Shown here: positions 51,779 through 64,000 of the stretch, in pieces | Layout of the letters: each line of letters begins with the position of its first letter | Position numbering within the stretch: the stretch's first letter is position 1 | NCBI RefSeq assembly: GCF_006345805.1 | Contig: NC_043010.1 | Coordinates: 50,220,001-50,284,000 of the forward strand | Source of the DNA: Octopus sinensis | Taxonomy: Eukaryota | Direction: 5' to 3' | Length of the DNA: 64,000 nt | Notes under the pieces: model-generated | What the model saw: only the letters and a program-made list of their open reading frames with translations | The model's database searches: none | What the model was told of the DNA's origin: nothing | Made by a program: the position numbers and the translations under genes

Positions 51779-52252
51779 CATACACACACATACATATATA
51801 CGACGGGCTTCTTTCAGTTTCCGTCAACCGAATCCACACACAAGGCTTTGGCAGCCCGAGGCTATAGCAAAAGACACTTGCCCAAAGTGCCATACAGTGG
51901 GACTGAACCTGGAACCATTTGGTTTGTAAGCAAGCTACTTACCACACAGCCACTCCGTATATCTTCTACTATAACCCCGGTTCACCAACGTCATGTGAGT
52001 GGGTTAGGTAGATAGAAACTAAAAGAAGCCCTGTGCCTTCTTACCAAATAGTCACGCCTGCACCTGTGTTGATTTTCAAAACAAATTTCTTTAAAACGTA
52101 GTTGCATCCACCTTTCCTCCTGTTAGTATGTTGGAATGTTTTCCCTCTCTTCTTTGTAAATTTAGTTATTTACATATATATCATCAAATTAGTTTAGTGA
52201 AAGATGAATGTTTAAGAGAATAAGCAGAATGTCAAGTTGCCCTATGAATAGG

Positions 52253-52299
<47 letters not shown>

Positions 52300-52963
52300 G
52301 TGAGAGAGAGAGAGAGCATTTCACTCAGATCTATTCTTGACTCATTCTCCAATGAAAGATTGCTCAAAAATACTAAATATCTCCTGTGATATGCCTCATA
52401 TTATTTTGCTTCCACTACATTGATTCTTGGTAATGCAGTATACCAGCAGTCTCCTTGAATTATAATGAAATTATTCTTCAATTAAGGCATCTAGTTTTAC
52501 AAGTGGATGTCTGGTTTATTCTCTTCTGCTGTTCAGTCAAATGTGAAGTATGAGGTGTCATCTTAGACAAAATGAAGCTACCGGTAAGAAATGCAACATT
52601 GCCCATGCTCACACAGACAAAATATAATGACTGCAACAAATTTTGAGTTTCTAATATCGCAGTCAGAAGAACAGCAGCTTAATTTGACACTGATCATCAT
52701 CATCTTCATCCTCCTCATCGTCAACACTGTCATAACTGCAATATTATTATTTGGCAGAAGTAATGGAGTTAGTCAAGGGCTGAGAGTTTAGTGAATTAGT
52801 GCTTTGCTTGATATGTGCTTACACATAAAACCCCCATGCCTCCAGGCACTCTTTTTACATCTGCCAAATATTAATTAAAAAGAATATATGTATTCATGTT
52901 TTGAATTCTATTTTTCGTTTCTGCATTGCTAAACATGTGTGTGTGTATATATATATGTATGTG

Positions 52964-53735
<772 letters not shown>

Positions 53736-54081
53736 AGCCTTGGGCCAACCAAAGTCTTGTGAGTGGATTTGTTAGACAGAAACTGAAAGAAGCCCATCAT
53801 GTGTGTATGTGTGTGTGTGTGTCTTTGTGTCTGTTCCCCACCAACACTCAACAACTGATGTTGGTCTGTTTACACCCTCATAACTTAGTGGTTTGCCAAA
53901 GAAGACCAATAGAATGAGTATCAGACTTAAAAAGAAAAGTGTTGGGGGGTCAACTGATTTGACTAAAATTCTTCAAGCTGGTGCCCCAGCATGGCCACAA
54001 TCTAATGACTGAAGCAAGTAAAGAAATGATAAAAGATATATATATATATATATATATATCTTTTATCATTTCTTATATATA

Positions 54082-54145
<64 letters not shown>

Positions 54146-54370
54146 TACATAAATATTTATGGAGGAGCAGGAGGGTTAGGTTCATGGCCCCAGAACTACA
54201 AAGGTGGACCAAATGCATGATCAGGGAGACAGGTCACGCTTAAGTGGGTTTTATGTATGTGTATTGTATTCTTTCTTTCTTCTTTTTTTTTTTGTTATTG
54301 CCTCTTAGGGAAACAAGATAAATAATTTAAATCTAAAAAGAAAAAAATTATTATAAATATTAATACTTAC

Positions 54371-54448
54371 TTTGGCAAGAACTGAAGAATTGCATTCTTG
54401 CAGTGCTTCCATTAGTCTTAAGAAATGTAGGTTGACTCTTTCAGCTAA
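54371..54448 (-). CDS. UNC79: unc-79 antepenultimate coding exon (LAERVNLHFLRLMEALQECNSSVLAK)
   Basis: atttccag acceptor, GTAAGT donor, 78 nt phase 0/0, LMEALQECNS motif. Confidence 0.9.
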
Positions 54449-54783
54449 CTGGAAATACAATAAATGAATAAATAAATGAATAGATGTATAACTAATCAAA
54501 CAAACAAAGATTAAACAACAAACCCCAGTGTTTCACTAGAACTTAATTTATTAACCCTGAAAGAAAGGAAAGCAAAATCGACCTCAGCAGAATTTAATCT
54601 CAGAAAGTCAAGATAGACACAAAGCATTTCATCTGGTGTGCTTCCAGTTCTGCCAGCTTGCCATCTTTGTACCATTTTAATAATGACAAAGCCATGAAAG
54701 AAATGTTTCATCGTTTTAAAAAGTAATTGAATCAAAGGCAGTACATTTTAACTGAAATGTGGTAACAAAACACTTGAATTATT

Positions 54784-55362
54784 GGATCTTTACCTTTTGA
54801 CTGACAGATTAAAAAAATAATTTTTTGTAACTAAACACTTTCAAACTTCAGACACTAGTAGAACATTTCATATAAAACATCTTCTATTCTTAGCATTTTT
54901 GAGAAAAACTTATATTTATGAAGTAATTTCACATCAAAGTAGTCCTATTTTGGTAGTTTCAACCAATCAATGACGTGTATTCAGCTGAATAAAATTAGTT
55001 GTCAACAACAACTATCGGCGGTGTACATTTCGTTTGTCACTGTTATTTATGACATCGTTCATGCGTTTGTAGTGGTTTTAGCTTTAAGGTTTTAGGGTTA
55101 GGGTTGTCATAAATAACAGTGACAAACAAAAAATACAAACAACGGCAGTAATTTTATTCAGCTGAATACACGTCATTGATTGGTTGAAATTACCGAAATA
55201 GGACTACTTTGACGTGAAATTACTTCGTAAATATAAGTTTTTCTTAAAAATGCTAAGAGTAAAACATGTTTTATATGACATGTTCTACCAGTGTCCGAGG
55301 TTTGAAAGTTTTTGGTTACAAAAAACTATTTTTTAAATCTGTAGGTTAAAAAGTAAAGATCC
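54784..55362. mobile_element. 579-bp element with about 215-bp TIRs, GGATC...GATCC ends, TTAGGG core and 30-bp flanking direct repeat
   Basis: Arms 54784-54998 and 55149-55362; flanks 54754-54783 and 55363-55392 match 29/30. Confidence 0.85.
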
Positions 55363-55770
55363 GAAATGTGGTAACAAAACACTTAAATTATTTGATAAGA
55401 AAGGACAGATCAGGTAAAGAGTGTCATTCTGGGTACACTCATGATCAGAAAATAAAAAATAACTGGGGTGACAACAGCAGGAATGCATTTGGTCATTGAC
55501 CTTGTACAATAAGTTTTATGTGGGAAATGCATTTGATAGATTTGTTCAGTAATGATTATGTGGTTAAAGAACAACAATAAAATATATTTAAAAAAAGAGC
55601 TAAATATGTAAGATGACCCATCCTTGAAAACAGACAACAATACCTACAACTGCTACCAGTTAGAGCAACAAATGGGAGTAGTAGTATAGTTTTTTGTGAT
55701 GGTACTTCTGTAACAATTCAAACATGATTAATTGACAGACAAGAATAAACAGTGAAAACTATATATTATG

Positions 55771-55802
<32 letters not shown>

Positions 55803-58572
55803 TATTATTATATTATTATTATTATGTTATTCTTTTACTTGTTTCAGTCATTTTGACTGTGTCCATGCTGGAGCACTGCATTCAGTCGAGCAAATCAACC
55901 CCAGGACTTATTCTTATGTTGAACCACAAAGTTACGGGGACGTAAACACACCAGCATCGGTTGTCAAGCGATGTTGGGACGCACACACAAACATATACAT
56001 ACATGCATACATATATATATATATATATATATATCTATATATATATATATATACATACATACATATATACTAAGTTATGGGGATGTAAACACACCAGCAT
56101 TGGTTGTCAAGCGATATTAGGGGCACAAACACAGACACACAAACATATACACACACATACATATATATATATACATATACGGCAGACGAAATACCGCTAA
56201 GCATTTTGCCTGGCATACTAACGATTCTGCCAGCTCGCTGCCCAAAAGAATATTACAGTGCTAACAACAATATACAAGTGGAAGAGGATCCACATTATAA
56301 CAATTTATTTCATTGTTTATACATTGTTTTGTCTCGAATTAATATTATATATACATATACATAAATACGATGGGCTTCTTTCAGTTTCCATCTACCAAAT
56401 CCACTCACAAGGCTTTGGTTGGCCTAAGGCTATAGTAGAAGACACTTGTCCAAGGTGCCACACAGTGGGACTGAACCCGGAATCATGTGGCTGGTAAGCA
56501 AGCTACTTACCACACACCCACTCCTATGCCTACATGAAATATTTTTCAATGTCGTCTGAATGAATTGTTTATTTTTTTATGAATTTCAATGTTGTCCACA
56601 TCAATTGTTTATATCCTCGTCACCATTGTTATAATGTGGATCCTCTTCCACTTGTATATTGTTGTTAGCATTGTAATATTCTTTAGGGCAGCGAGCTGGC
56701 AGAATTGTTAGCACGCCAGGCAAAATGCTTAGCGGTATTTCGTCTGCCGTTAAGTTCTGAGTTCAAATTCCACCGAGGTCAACTTTGCCTTCCATCCTTT
56801 CAGGGTCAATTAAATAAGTACCAGTTACGCACTGGGGTCGATGTAATGGACTTAATGCCTTTGTCTGTCCTTGTTTGCCCCCTCTATGTTTAACCCCCTG
56901 TGGGCAATAAAGAAATAAATATTCTTGTCACCACTATTATGTTGTGGCAGTATACTGCATCTTATTGCCTTTGACTCATCTATCGGGCTTTCTCTGATAG
57001 CTCCGCAAGACAATGACTTTGAAATGTCCCTTGACAGTAACTCAAACTTGTATACATCATCTAACTGACACTAACTCTAACCAAGAAACTTGCTCAATGA
57101 ATCTACTATTACTGACAGACCATCTGACTTTGTAGTGGCTATCAAATAAACTCTCTTTTCATTTACATATTTGCATAACAAAAAATTAACTTAATAATCT
57201 TTCTATAAGTCTACTATTGCAAACAACATTTTATACTACCACAACAACAATGTCAACGTCACATTTTCTATATGAGTGTGTATGTGTCTGTCAGTGTGTG
57301 TATGTTTGCATGTTCATTACCTACATTAAGCTGATGACTGAGAAGTATATGTGTCTGACTGCATGTGAGAGTGTATATGTGTGTGAATATACATACATTT
57401 TTCTGACAAATCAAACACACACACACATGCATTTTTGTGATGAATGTAGCACAGAACTATACCTCACATAGCCATGTGATACAACCAGAAAATGCAATTC
57501 CTTAAAATTAAGACCATAATTTGATCATTTATATCTATTAAGAACAGGAACCTGAAGAGCCAATTGTTAGTTACATAGAAACTGTAAAAAACGTCGAATT
57601 TACATGTTGGATCTGACATTCAGATCTGACTGATGAGACATGTTCCACATCACTTCTCAATGCTCACTACTTCATTCATTGTGGAAACAGCGATTTAGCT
57701 ATCTCACTAGGGCTTCTCAACTGAAGGTGACATATACTACATATGTGTGGCAAATATACACATTTGAAATCTCAGCCAAGAATTGAAATGTTTTGTGTTC
57801 TCCTTTCCATTATTCTCTGGGTTTGCACTCAGAATTTATGGGCGTTATTTTGTCAAATTCCAAATTAGGTTAAACTCAGTTCAACCCAGGCAACTCACCA
57901 GATTTCTGTTGTTTATACTGACCTAGATCTAATTTTAGCACAAGTAATAAATACAAGACACTTCTAACAGAATATCCTTACTTTCCTCAATGATCATCAT
58001 CAGGGGTAAAGTCTGTCTTACTGTCTCTTTATTCAAAGCTATCACAGATGTAGCATCTCTCTTTCTTTTTTTCTATCTCCTTTTTTTTCATCACCCAACT
58101 ACCTATATCAACTAGCTTGTCGTCAATGATATAACACATGAGCCTTATTACTGTCTGACTCCTTTTACATTAACTTAGGATACTTTCTACAACAACCAGA
58201 AATTCTCTAACAGACTAACGTTTGTTATCCGCTTCTCCAACTCTGATGTTATTAAATCTTGTAATGATTAAGTAAAAACTATTTCTACTGTCAATTTATT
58301 TCAAGAATCCTGAAATTACTAACATGCAGTCTTTTACATCGTGGCCTATCTTCAAATGCAGCCTTCACAAAACATCAAACCAAAATGAAGTACCTCATTT
58401 CCTTTTCATGACCCCTACATATCACATACAACCATTACAAATAGTGACACCCAGCACTTCTAATCAGCTTACATCTTGGCTGTTATAATTAGTAATCCTT
58501 TTCACATGAACTAATTAGTTGTTATCACAAATTCAGTAAGAACTTGACAGATGCTGTAATAATATATTATAT

Positions 58573-58982
58573 ACTCTCTTTTACTCTTTTACTTGTTTCA
58601 GTCATTCGACTGCGGCCATGCTGGAGCACCACCTTTAGTCGAGCAACTCGACCCCGGGACTTATTCTTTGTAAGCCCAGTACTTATTCTATCGGTCTCTT
58701 TTGCCGAACCGCTAAGTGACAGGGACGTAAACACACCAGCATCAGTTGTCAAGCAATGCTAGGGGGACAAACACAGACACACAAACACACACACATACAT
58801 ATATATATATACATATATACGACAGGCTTCTTTCAGTTTCCGTCTACCAAATCCACTCACAAGGCATTGGTCGGCCAGGGGCTATAGCAGAAGACACTTG
58901 CCCAAGATGCCATGCAGTGGGACTGAACCCGGAACCATGTGGTTGGTTAGCAAGCTACTTACCACACAGCCACTCCTGCGCC
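58573..58982 (-). mobile_element. SINE family B, full-length young copy
   Basis: Head GGCGCAGGAGTGGCTGTGTGGTAAG...GGGTTCAGTCCC; tail GAAACAAGTAAAAGAGTAAAAGAG. Confidence 0.88.
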
Positions 58983-59309
58983 TTTGTCTTTTTTACTCGT
59001 TTCCGTCATAAGATTGCAGTTATGTTGGGGTACCGCCTTGAAGGGTTTAGTAAAACAAATTGACCCCCCCCCGCCCAGTAATTTAATATTTTCTCAAGCC
59101 TAGTACTTATGCTATTGGTCTCTTTTGCTGAATGCTAAGTTACAGGACATAAACAAACTAACACTGGTTCTCAAGTGGTGGTGAGGGACAAATACACAGA
59201 CACATACACACACAGATATGGACATATGATGGGCTTCTTTCAGTTTCCATCTACCATATCCACTCATAAATCCACTTTGGTCAGCCCAAGGCAAAAGTAG
59301 AAGATACTC

Positions 59310-59520
59310 AAATGTGACACGACAAGCACTTGACTGGAACCCGCAGGGGAAAAGTAAGCGTGGACGCCCGAAGCAGACATGGAAGCGGAGCATTCTGGAT
59401 GAGCTGAGGACCACCGGCCTGACATGGGAAGCAGCCACGAAACATGCCAATGACAGCAAAAAGTGGAAAACAACTGTTGAGGCCCTATGCTCCACAAGGG
59501 ACAAAAAGGATTCAGAAGAA
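59310..59520 (+). mobile_element. LINE ORF2 C-terminal fragment
   Basis: TRQALDWNPQGKSKRGRPKQTWKRSI...W..A...A.D..KW...V.ALC, a typical RTE-group C-terminus. Confidence 0.75.
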
Positions 59521-60800
59521 GCACCCATAAGCCCACAAGATTAGGACCACTCAACAAAAGAGGGATGTAAGGGACATGCCTGTGTGCAAGATCAACCATG
59601 TATTTACTTGGCTTGATATGACTTCCTAATCACAACAAATAACCTGGATAATATTTTTCAAGGAGGAAGTATATTAAAGGGCGAAACGTTTTAGCATTTG
59701 GAAAGCAAAAGAATAGTAAATTAATAGGTCATATAAAAAGATAGATGAAGGAGGTTAAAACATAAAGTAGGTTGAATTTAATGATAGCAAGCATAGCGTG
59801 ACCATGATGAGAAAGAAATCAAAAGGATCGGTGACCATAAAAACTAACATAAATCTCAAAAGATTACTTAAAAGTTTTATTTATTTTTGGCTTGTTATAG
59901 GTAGAAATCCTATATTAATTTTATTATTACCCTGCATGTGTAAGCAAAAGCAGGGTATTGTAGTCGCTCGTCTTTGTCTGTCTGTGTGTTTGCAAAATTA
60001 CTGGAAAACAATCAAACAGATTTTCCCCAAATTTGGCATAAATACTCATTGGGTGAGTGGCTCAAACTCATTAAACTTTGGTTTGATTATCTTCAAAACT
60101 GGCAGACAAATGAATCAAAATGTATTTTTTCCTTGTTACATATACATAAACAATAAGCAGGAGAAATAACTCTTGATGTCATTTTGTTGAAATAGGAATT
60201 TGTCTGGGAATATATTTATTAAATTAAATTCTATTTTATCCTTGTGTGCATCACTCCTTCCGATGCCTTTTTTTTTCAACTTTGTATTTAACTTTACTTT
60301 CATTTGATCATTTTTACCCAAAATACACTAATATATACACATGTGCTGTTGGCATTTTCTTTTTCTTTTTTGGACTTTTCCCTTTTTCCTTTCTGATGAT
60401 GAGCTGTACTCAAAATGTCAAACTCTCTTTTCACCAAGCGTCAAGCTAATACATTCCATGTGCATGTCCTCTTGTTATCCATTAATGTTATTCGCTTATT
60501 TGAATTGATTATATATATATAAAGGGGTTTGTATGATTGTGTATAGAGGGATATATATTATTCAAAGGAATTCCAACTCTGTCTGCTTTTTATGTTTTAT
60601 TTATATTCTTTATAATATTAATGTAGAATATAGAATATATAGTATAAATAGTAAAATGAAATGAAGTGTTGATTGTCTTATTGAATAGATGAAATATTGA
60701 ATATCAAATATTAAGGGACTAGTATACTTTCTTGCATTAAAGCAGTCTACAAGGTCCCACGTTGTGACAGGAGTGTTTCAACTGTATATATACACACACA

Positions 60801-60840
<40 letters not shown>

Positions 60841-61685
60841 ACACACACACACACATATATATATATGATAGGCTTCTTTTAGTTTTCATCTACAAAGTCT
60901 ACTCAAAAATCATTGATCAGCCTGACTGATGCTATAGTAGAAGACACTTGCCCAAGGTGCCACTCAGTGAATGTGAACCTGAAACAATGTGGTTAGGAAA
61001 ACAAACTTCATACCACACAGCCACTTCTGCACCTTCAACAAGAAATATTAAATACCAATTGACAGACATTTAATTGTGTGTGTGTGTTCAGATGTTCATT
61101 CATTTGTGTGCTAAGGTATCCCTGTGTCCATTTGTATATGTGAGCATGAAAAACTATGAGTTATGTTGTGCCAGGTTGAAATCCAAATATGGTGATTTAC
61201 TCAATGAGAAAACAGCAAGCGAGGATTTCACATGTTGTGTATGATCATTAGTGGATTAAGTGAAACATTAAGTGCTTAGCCGTCACTCAGAGAATAAACA
61301 ATGATTTCAAAACCAGTATGTAAGTGAATATTGAATTACTTTTCTAAATACACAAAACATTCTTCCTGATATTGGATTACCAAATGAAACAGTACATAGA
61401 ACCCAAGAAACAACTATAATAACACTTAAAATCATTATAATTTCTAGCATAGACAGAAAACCAGAAATTTATGCGGTAGGGAAACAGTTATCTGTGTTGA
61501 CTCTAGTAACTGGTTGGTACTGTATTTCATTGATTCCCCCCACGAAAAAGATGAAAGGTGAAGTTGATCTTAGAATGCAAAGAGCCAAAACAAATTATGA
61601 AAGACATTTTGTTTGATGTTCTCATCAATCTATCAATTCCCCACTCTAAAATGCTGTAGTGTTTCAGCTAATCCATTATAATAAC

Positions 61686-61720
<35 letters not shown>

Positions 61721-62606
61721 TAATAATAATAATAATAATAATGATAATAATAATGATGATGATAATCCTTTCTACTAAAGGCACAAGGCCTGAAATTTTG
61801 GGTGAGGGGTACTAATTGATCACTAGTGTTTCACTAGTACTTTATTTATTGACCCATGAAAGATAAAGTTGACCTCAGTGGAATTTGAAATCAGAACGTA
61901 AAGAAAGGCAAAATGCTTGCTAAGCATTTTCCCAGCATGCTAATGATTCTGCCAACTTGCCAGCATGATGATGATGATGATGATGGTGATGGCAGTGGTG
62001 ACGATGACTGTATTCAAAACACTTTCAATACAGTAACCATAAGAGCATCACAACAAACCACAGCACATACCCAAGGCACACAGAGCTGCGCTCGGTAGTG
62101 AAAGCACAATATAAAAATAAAACTTACTGAATAAAAATAATTGTGTGCATATCGAACTAAGGGGCTTACAAAGACACCTATTGCAAAATAAGGGAACTTT
62201 GCTAGTGTCAGTTAGGAATGATGGAGTATCGAACTTCATGATTACATGACTTGGAATACATATATGCCTATGTACATAATTTTTCTATTTAATCCTGCTT
62301 CTATTTATTATCCCAACCTTATTACATTTTGAAACTGAATCAGGAAATATCTCTAAGCTACTTGAGTGAAGGAAATAACAAACTAATGGACTGCTTAAAG
62401 TCTTATTTATAAACAACATCCGGAATTAACAAAAAAATCTTAATTCAAAACAGATTTTCCTTAATGTCTAGTAGATTTTGGTAACTCTTTATCTTTCTTC
62501 CTTTCTTTCCTTTTAAAATATCTTTTTACTTTAAATTATTAAGTTGTTTTCTATATATAAATGACAAGCTGGAACAGGTATGAGTGAAAGAAAATTTTTG
62601 TATAGA

Positions 62607-63200
62607 TATAGCCCACTTATGCATGCCTTTCCTCCCTTGGACACACAAAGACCTGTTGAGGCAAGCGAAGTCGATATCGAACCTCATCCGACGACAGGCA
62701 CCTATGCCAACCCCCCTTTGCTTGCGAAGACCTGTTGGGGCAAGTGAAATCGGAATCGAAATTGAACCAATCCTATGACTGGCACCCGGCAGATGCCAGG
62801 ACCCCTGGACTGGAGATACGTAAAAAGCACTATCCGAATCGTGGCCGATGCCAGCGCCGCCTCAACTGGCTTCCCTGTCGGTGGCACGTAAAAAGCACCA
62901 TCCGAATCGTGGCCGAAGCCAGTGCCGCCTCGACTGGCTTCCGTGCAGGTGGCATGTAAAATGCACCAATCCGACCGTGGCCGATGCCAGCCTTGCCTGG
63001 CACCAGTGCAGGTGGCACGTAAAAAGCACCCACTACACTCACGGAGTGGTTGGCGTTAGGAAGGGCATCCAGCTGTAGAAACATTGCCAGATAAGACCGG
63101 AGCCTGGTGCAGCCTTCTGGCTTCCCAGATCCCCGGTCGAACCGTCCAACCCATGCTAGCATGGAGAACGGACGTTAAACGATGATGATGATGATGATGA
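62607..63200 (+). mobile_element. Young RTE LINE 3' UTR copy with about 63-bp internal tandem units and (GAT)n tail
   Basis: Repeated (ggc)acgtaaaaagcac...ccgaatcgtggccga units, CpG-rich, ends ggacgttaaacgatgatgat. Confidence 0.8.
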
Positions 63201-64000
63201 TATCATCAGTATCAACATCATCAGCTTAACATCCACTTTTCCATGCTTGCAGGGATCAGACAAAATTTGTTGAGGGAGATTTTCTAAAGTTGGATGTACT
63301 CCTTATTGCCAACCAGTTTTTCTTTTAAAGCCTGGTACTTACTGTATCAGTCTCTTTTTGTTGAATCGCTAAGTTATAGAGACGTAAACACACCAAGTCT
63401 CATTGTCAAGCTGGGGTGATGATAAATACAACACAAACATGTCCATAGCCAAATACGTTTGTATAGGAGACCAGAAATGAGGAACACCACTTGTAAGACA
63501 GTGACATGATCATTTATGACTATTGTCATCGTTAATGAGATAGAGAGAGTAATATCATCATCATCATCATCATCGTTTAACATCTGCTTTCCATGCTAGC
63601 ATGGGTTGGATGATTTGACTGAGGACTGGCGAACCAAATGGCTGCACCAGGCTCCAGTCTTGATCTGACAGAGTTTCTACAGCTGGATGCCCTTCCTAAT
63701 GCCAACCAGTTGAAAACTGTAGAAATGCATATGTAAGACACACACAGACATCTTTTGTTTTATATATATATAGATTACAGGCACAGACATGGTTATGTGA
63801 TAAGCCTGAAATTTTATGGTATTCTAGGAAATTACATTAAACTATGTAATAGATGATATAGAGTAAGTGGTATTGCTTCCCTCACTTCCCTCGTCTGTGA
63901 TTCATTTCCTTGACCCAGTTTTTAGTCCTGATTGTTAACCACTTGTATTTCTACTTCCACTACACTAAAGGACTGAAAAAAAAAACAACAAACAAATAAC

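Noticed and set aside
55090-55104. TTAGGG repeats as an interstitial telomere or fusion site
   Set aside because: Only two to three units, located at the centre of a TIR element.
55410-55640. Possible upstream unc-79 exon containing VTP
   Set aside because: Surrounding residues do not match the expected FW.RVTP.ILQL context, and no suitable splice donor is in frame.
57000-58540. Repeat-poor intronic stretch as a possible hidden gene or old LINE
   Set aside because: No open frame, splice-consistent exon or recognisable motif could be supported by eye.
58900-58982. tRNA-like sequence with A and B boxes (also 45319-45395, 27678-27765)
   Set aside because: These are SINE heads continuing into SINE bodies, with no complete cloverleaf or terminator.
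62810-63030. Regularly spaced repeats resembling a CRISPR-like array (also 25640-25960, 13860-14018)
   Set aside because: The spacers are themselves homologous, there are no cas genes, and the units are tandem repeats within an RTE LINE 3' UTR.

Overview
AT-rich, repeat-dense, intron-rich animal genomic DNA. The SINE/RTE/microsatellite landscape points to a coleoid cephalopod, probably Octopus (inference). Three protein-coding genes can be reconstructed by hand. (1) A complete 10-exon DUSP11/PIR1-like RNA 5'-phosphatase on the minus strand (ATG 16362 to stop 853, 321 aa, HCTHGLNRTGY active site, all introns GT-AG and in phase). (2) An intronless class-3 (fatty) aldehyde dehydrogenase on the plus strand (16582-18069), head-to-head with DUSP11 across about 220 bp. 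(3) The last three coding exons of unc-79 (NALCN channel complex subunit) on the minus strand (54448 to 43064). The rest is tRNA-headed SINEs, 5'-truncated RTE-type LINEs, Tc1/mariner fragments, piggyBac/hAT/mariner MITEs, non-autonomous Helitrons, microsatellites, local duplications and many foldback inverted repeats. The most notable observations are a perfect 24-nt antisense copy of the DUSP11 catalytic-loop codons in the adjacent intron, the intronless ALDH3 sharing the DUSP11 promoter, a long-TIR element with a 30-bp flanking direct repeat and a telomere-like core, and dispersed Penelope-type minimal hammerhead ribozyme motifs. No database searches were run; homology calls come from recalled motifs.
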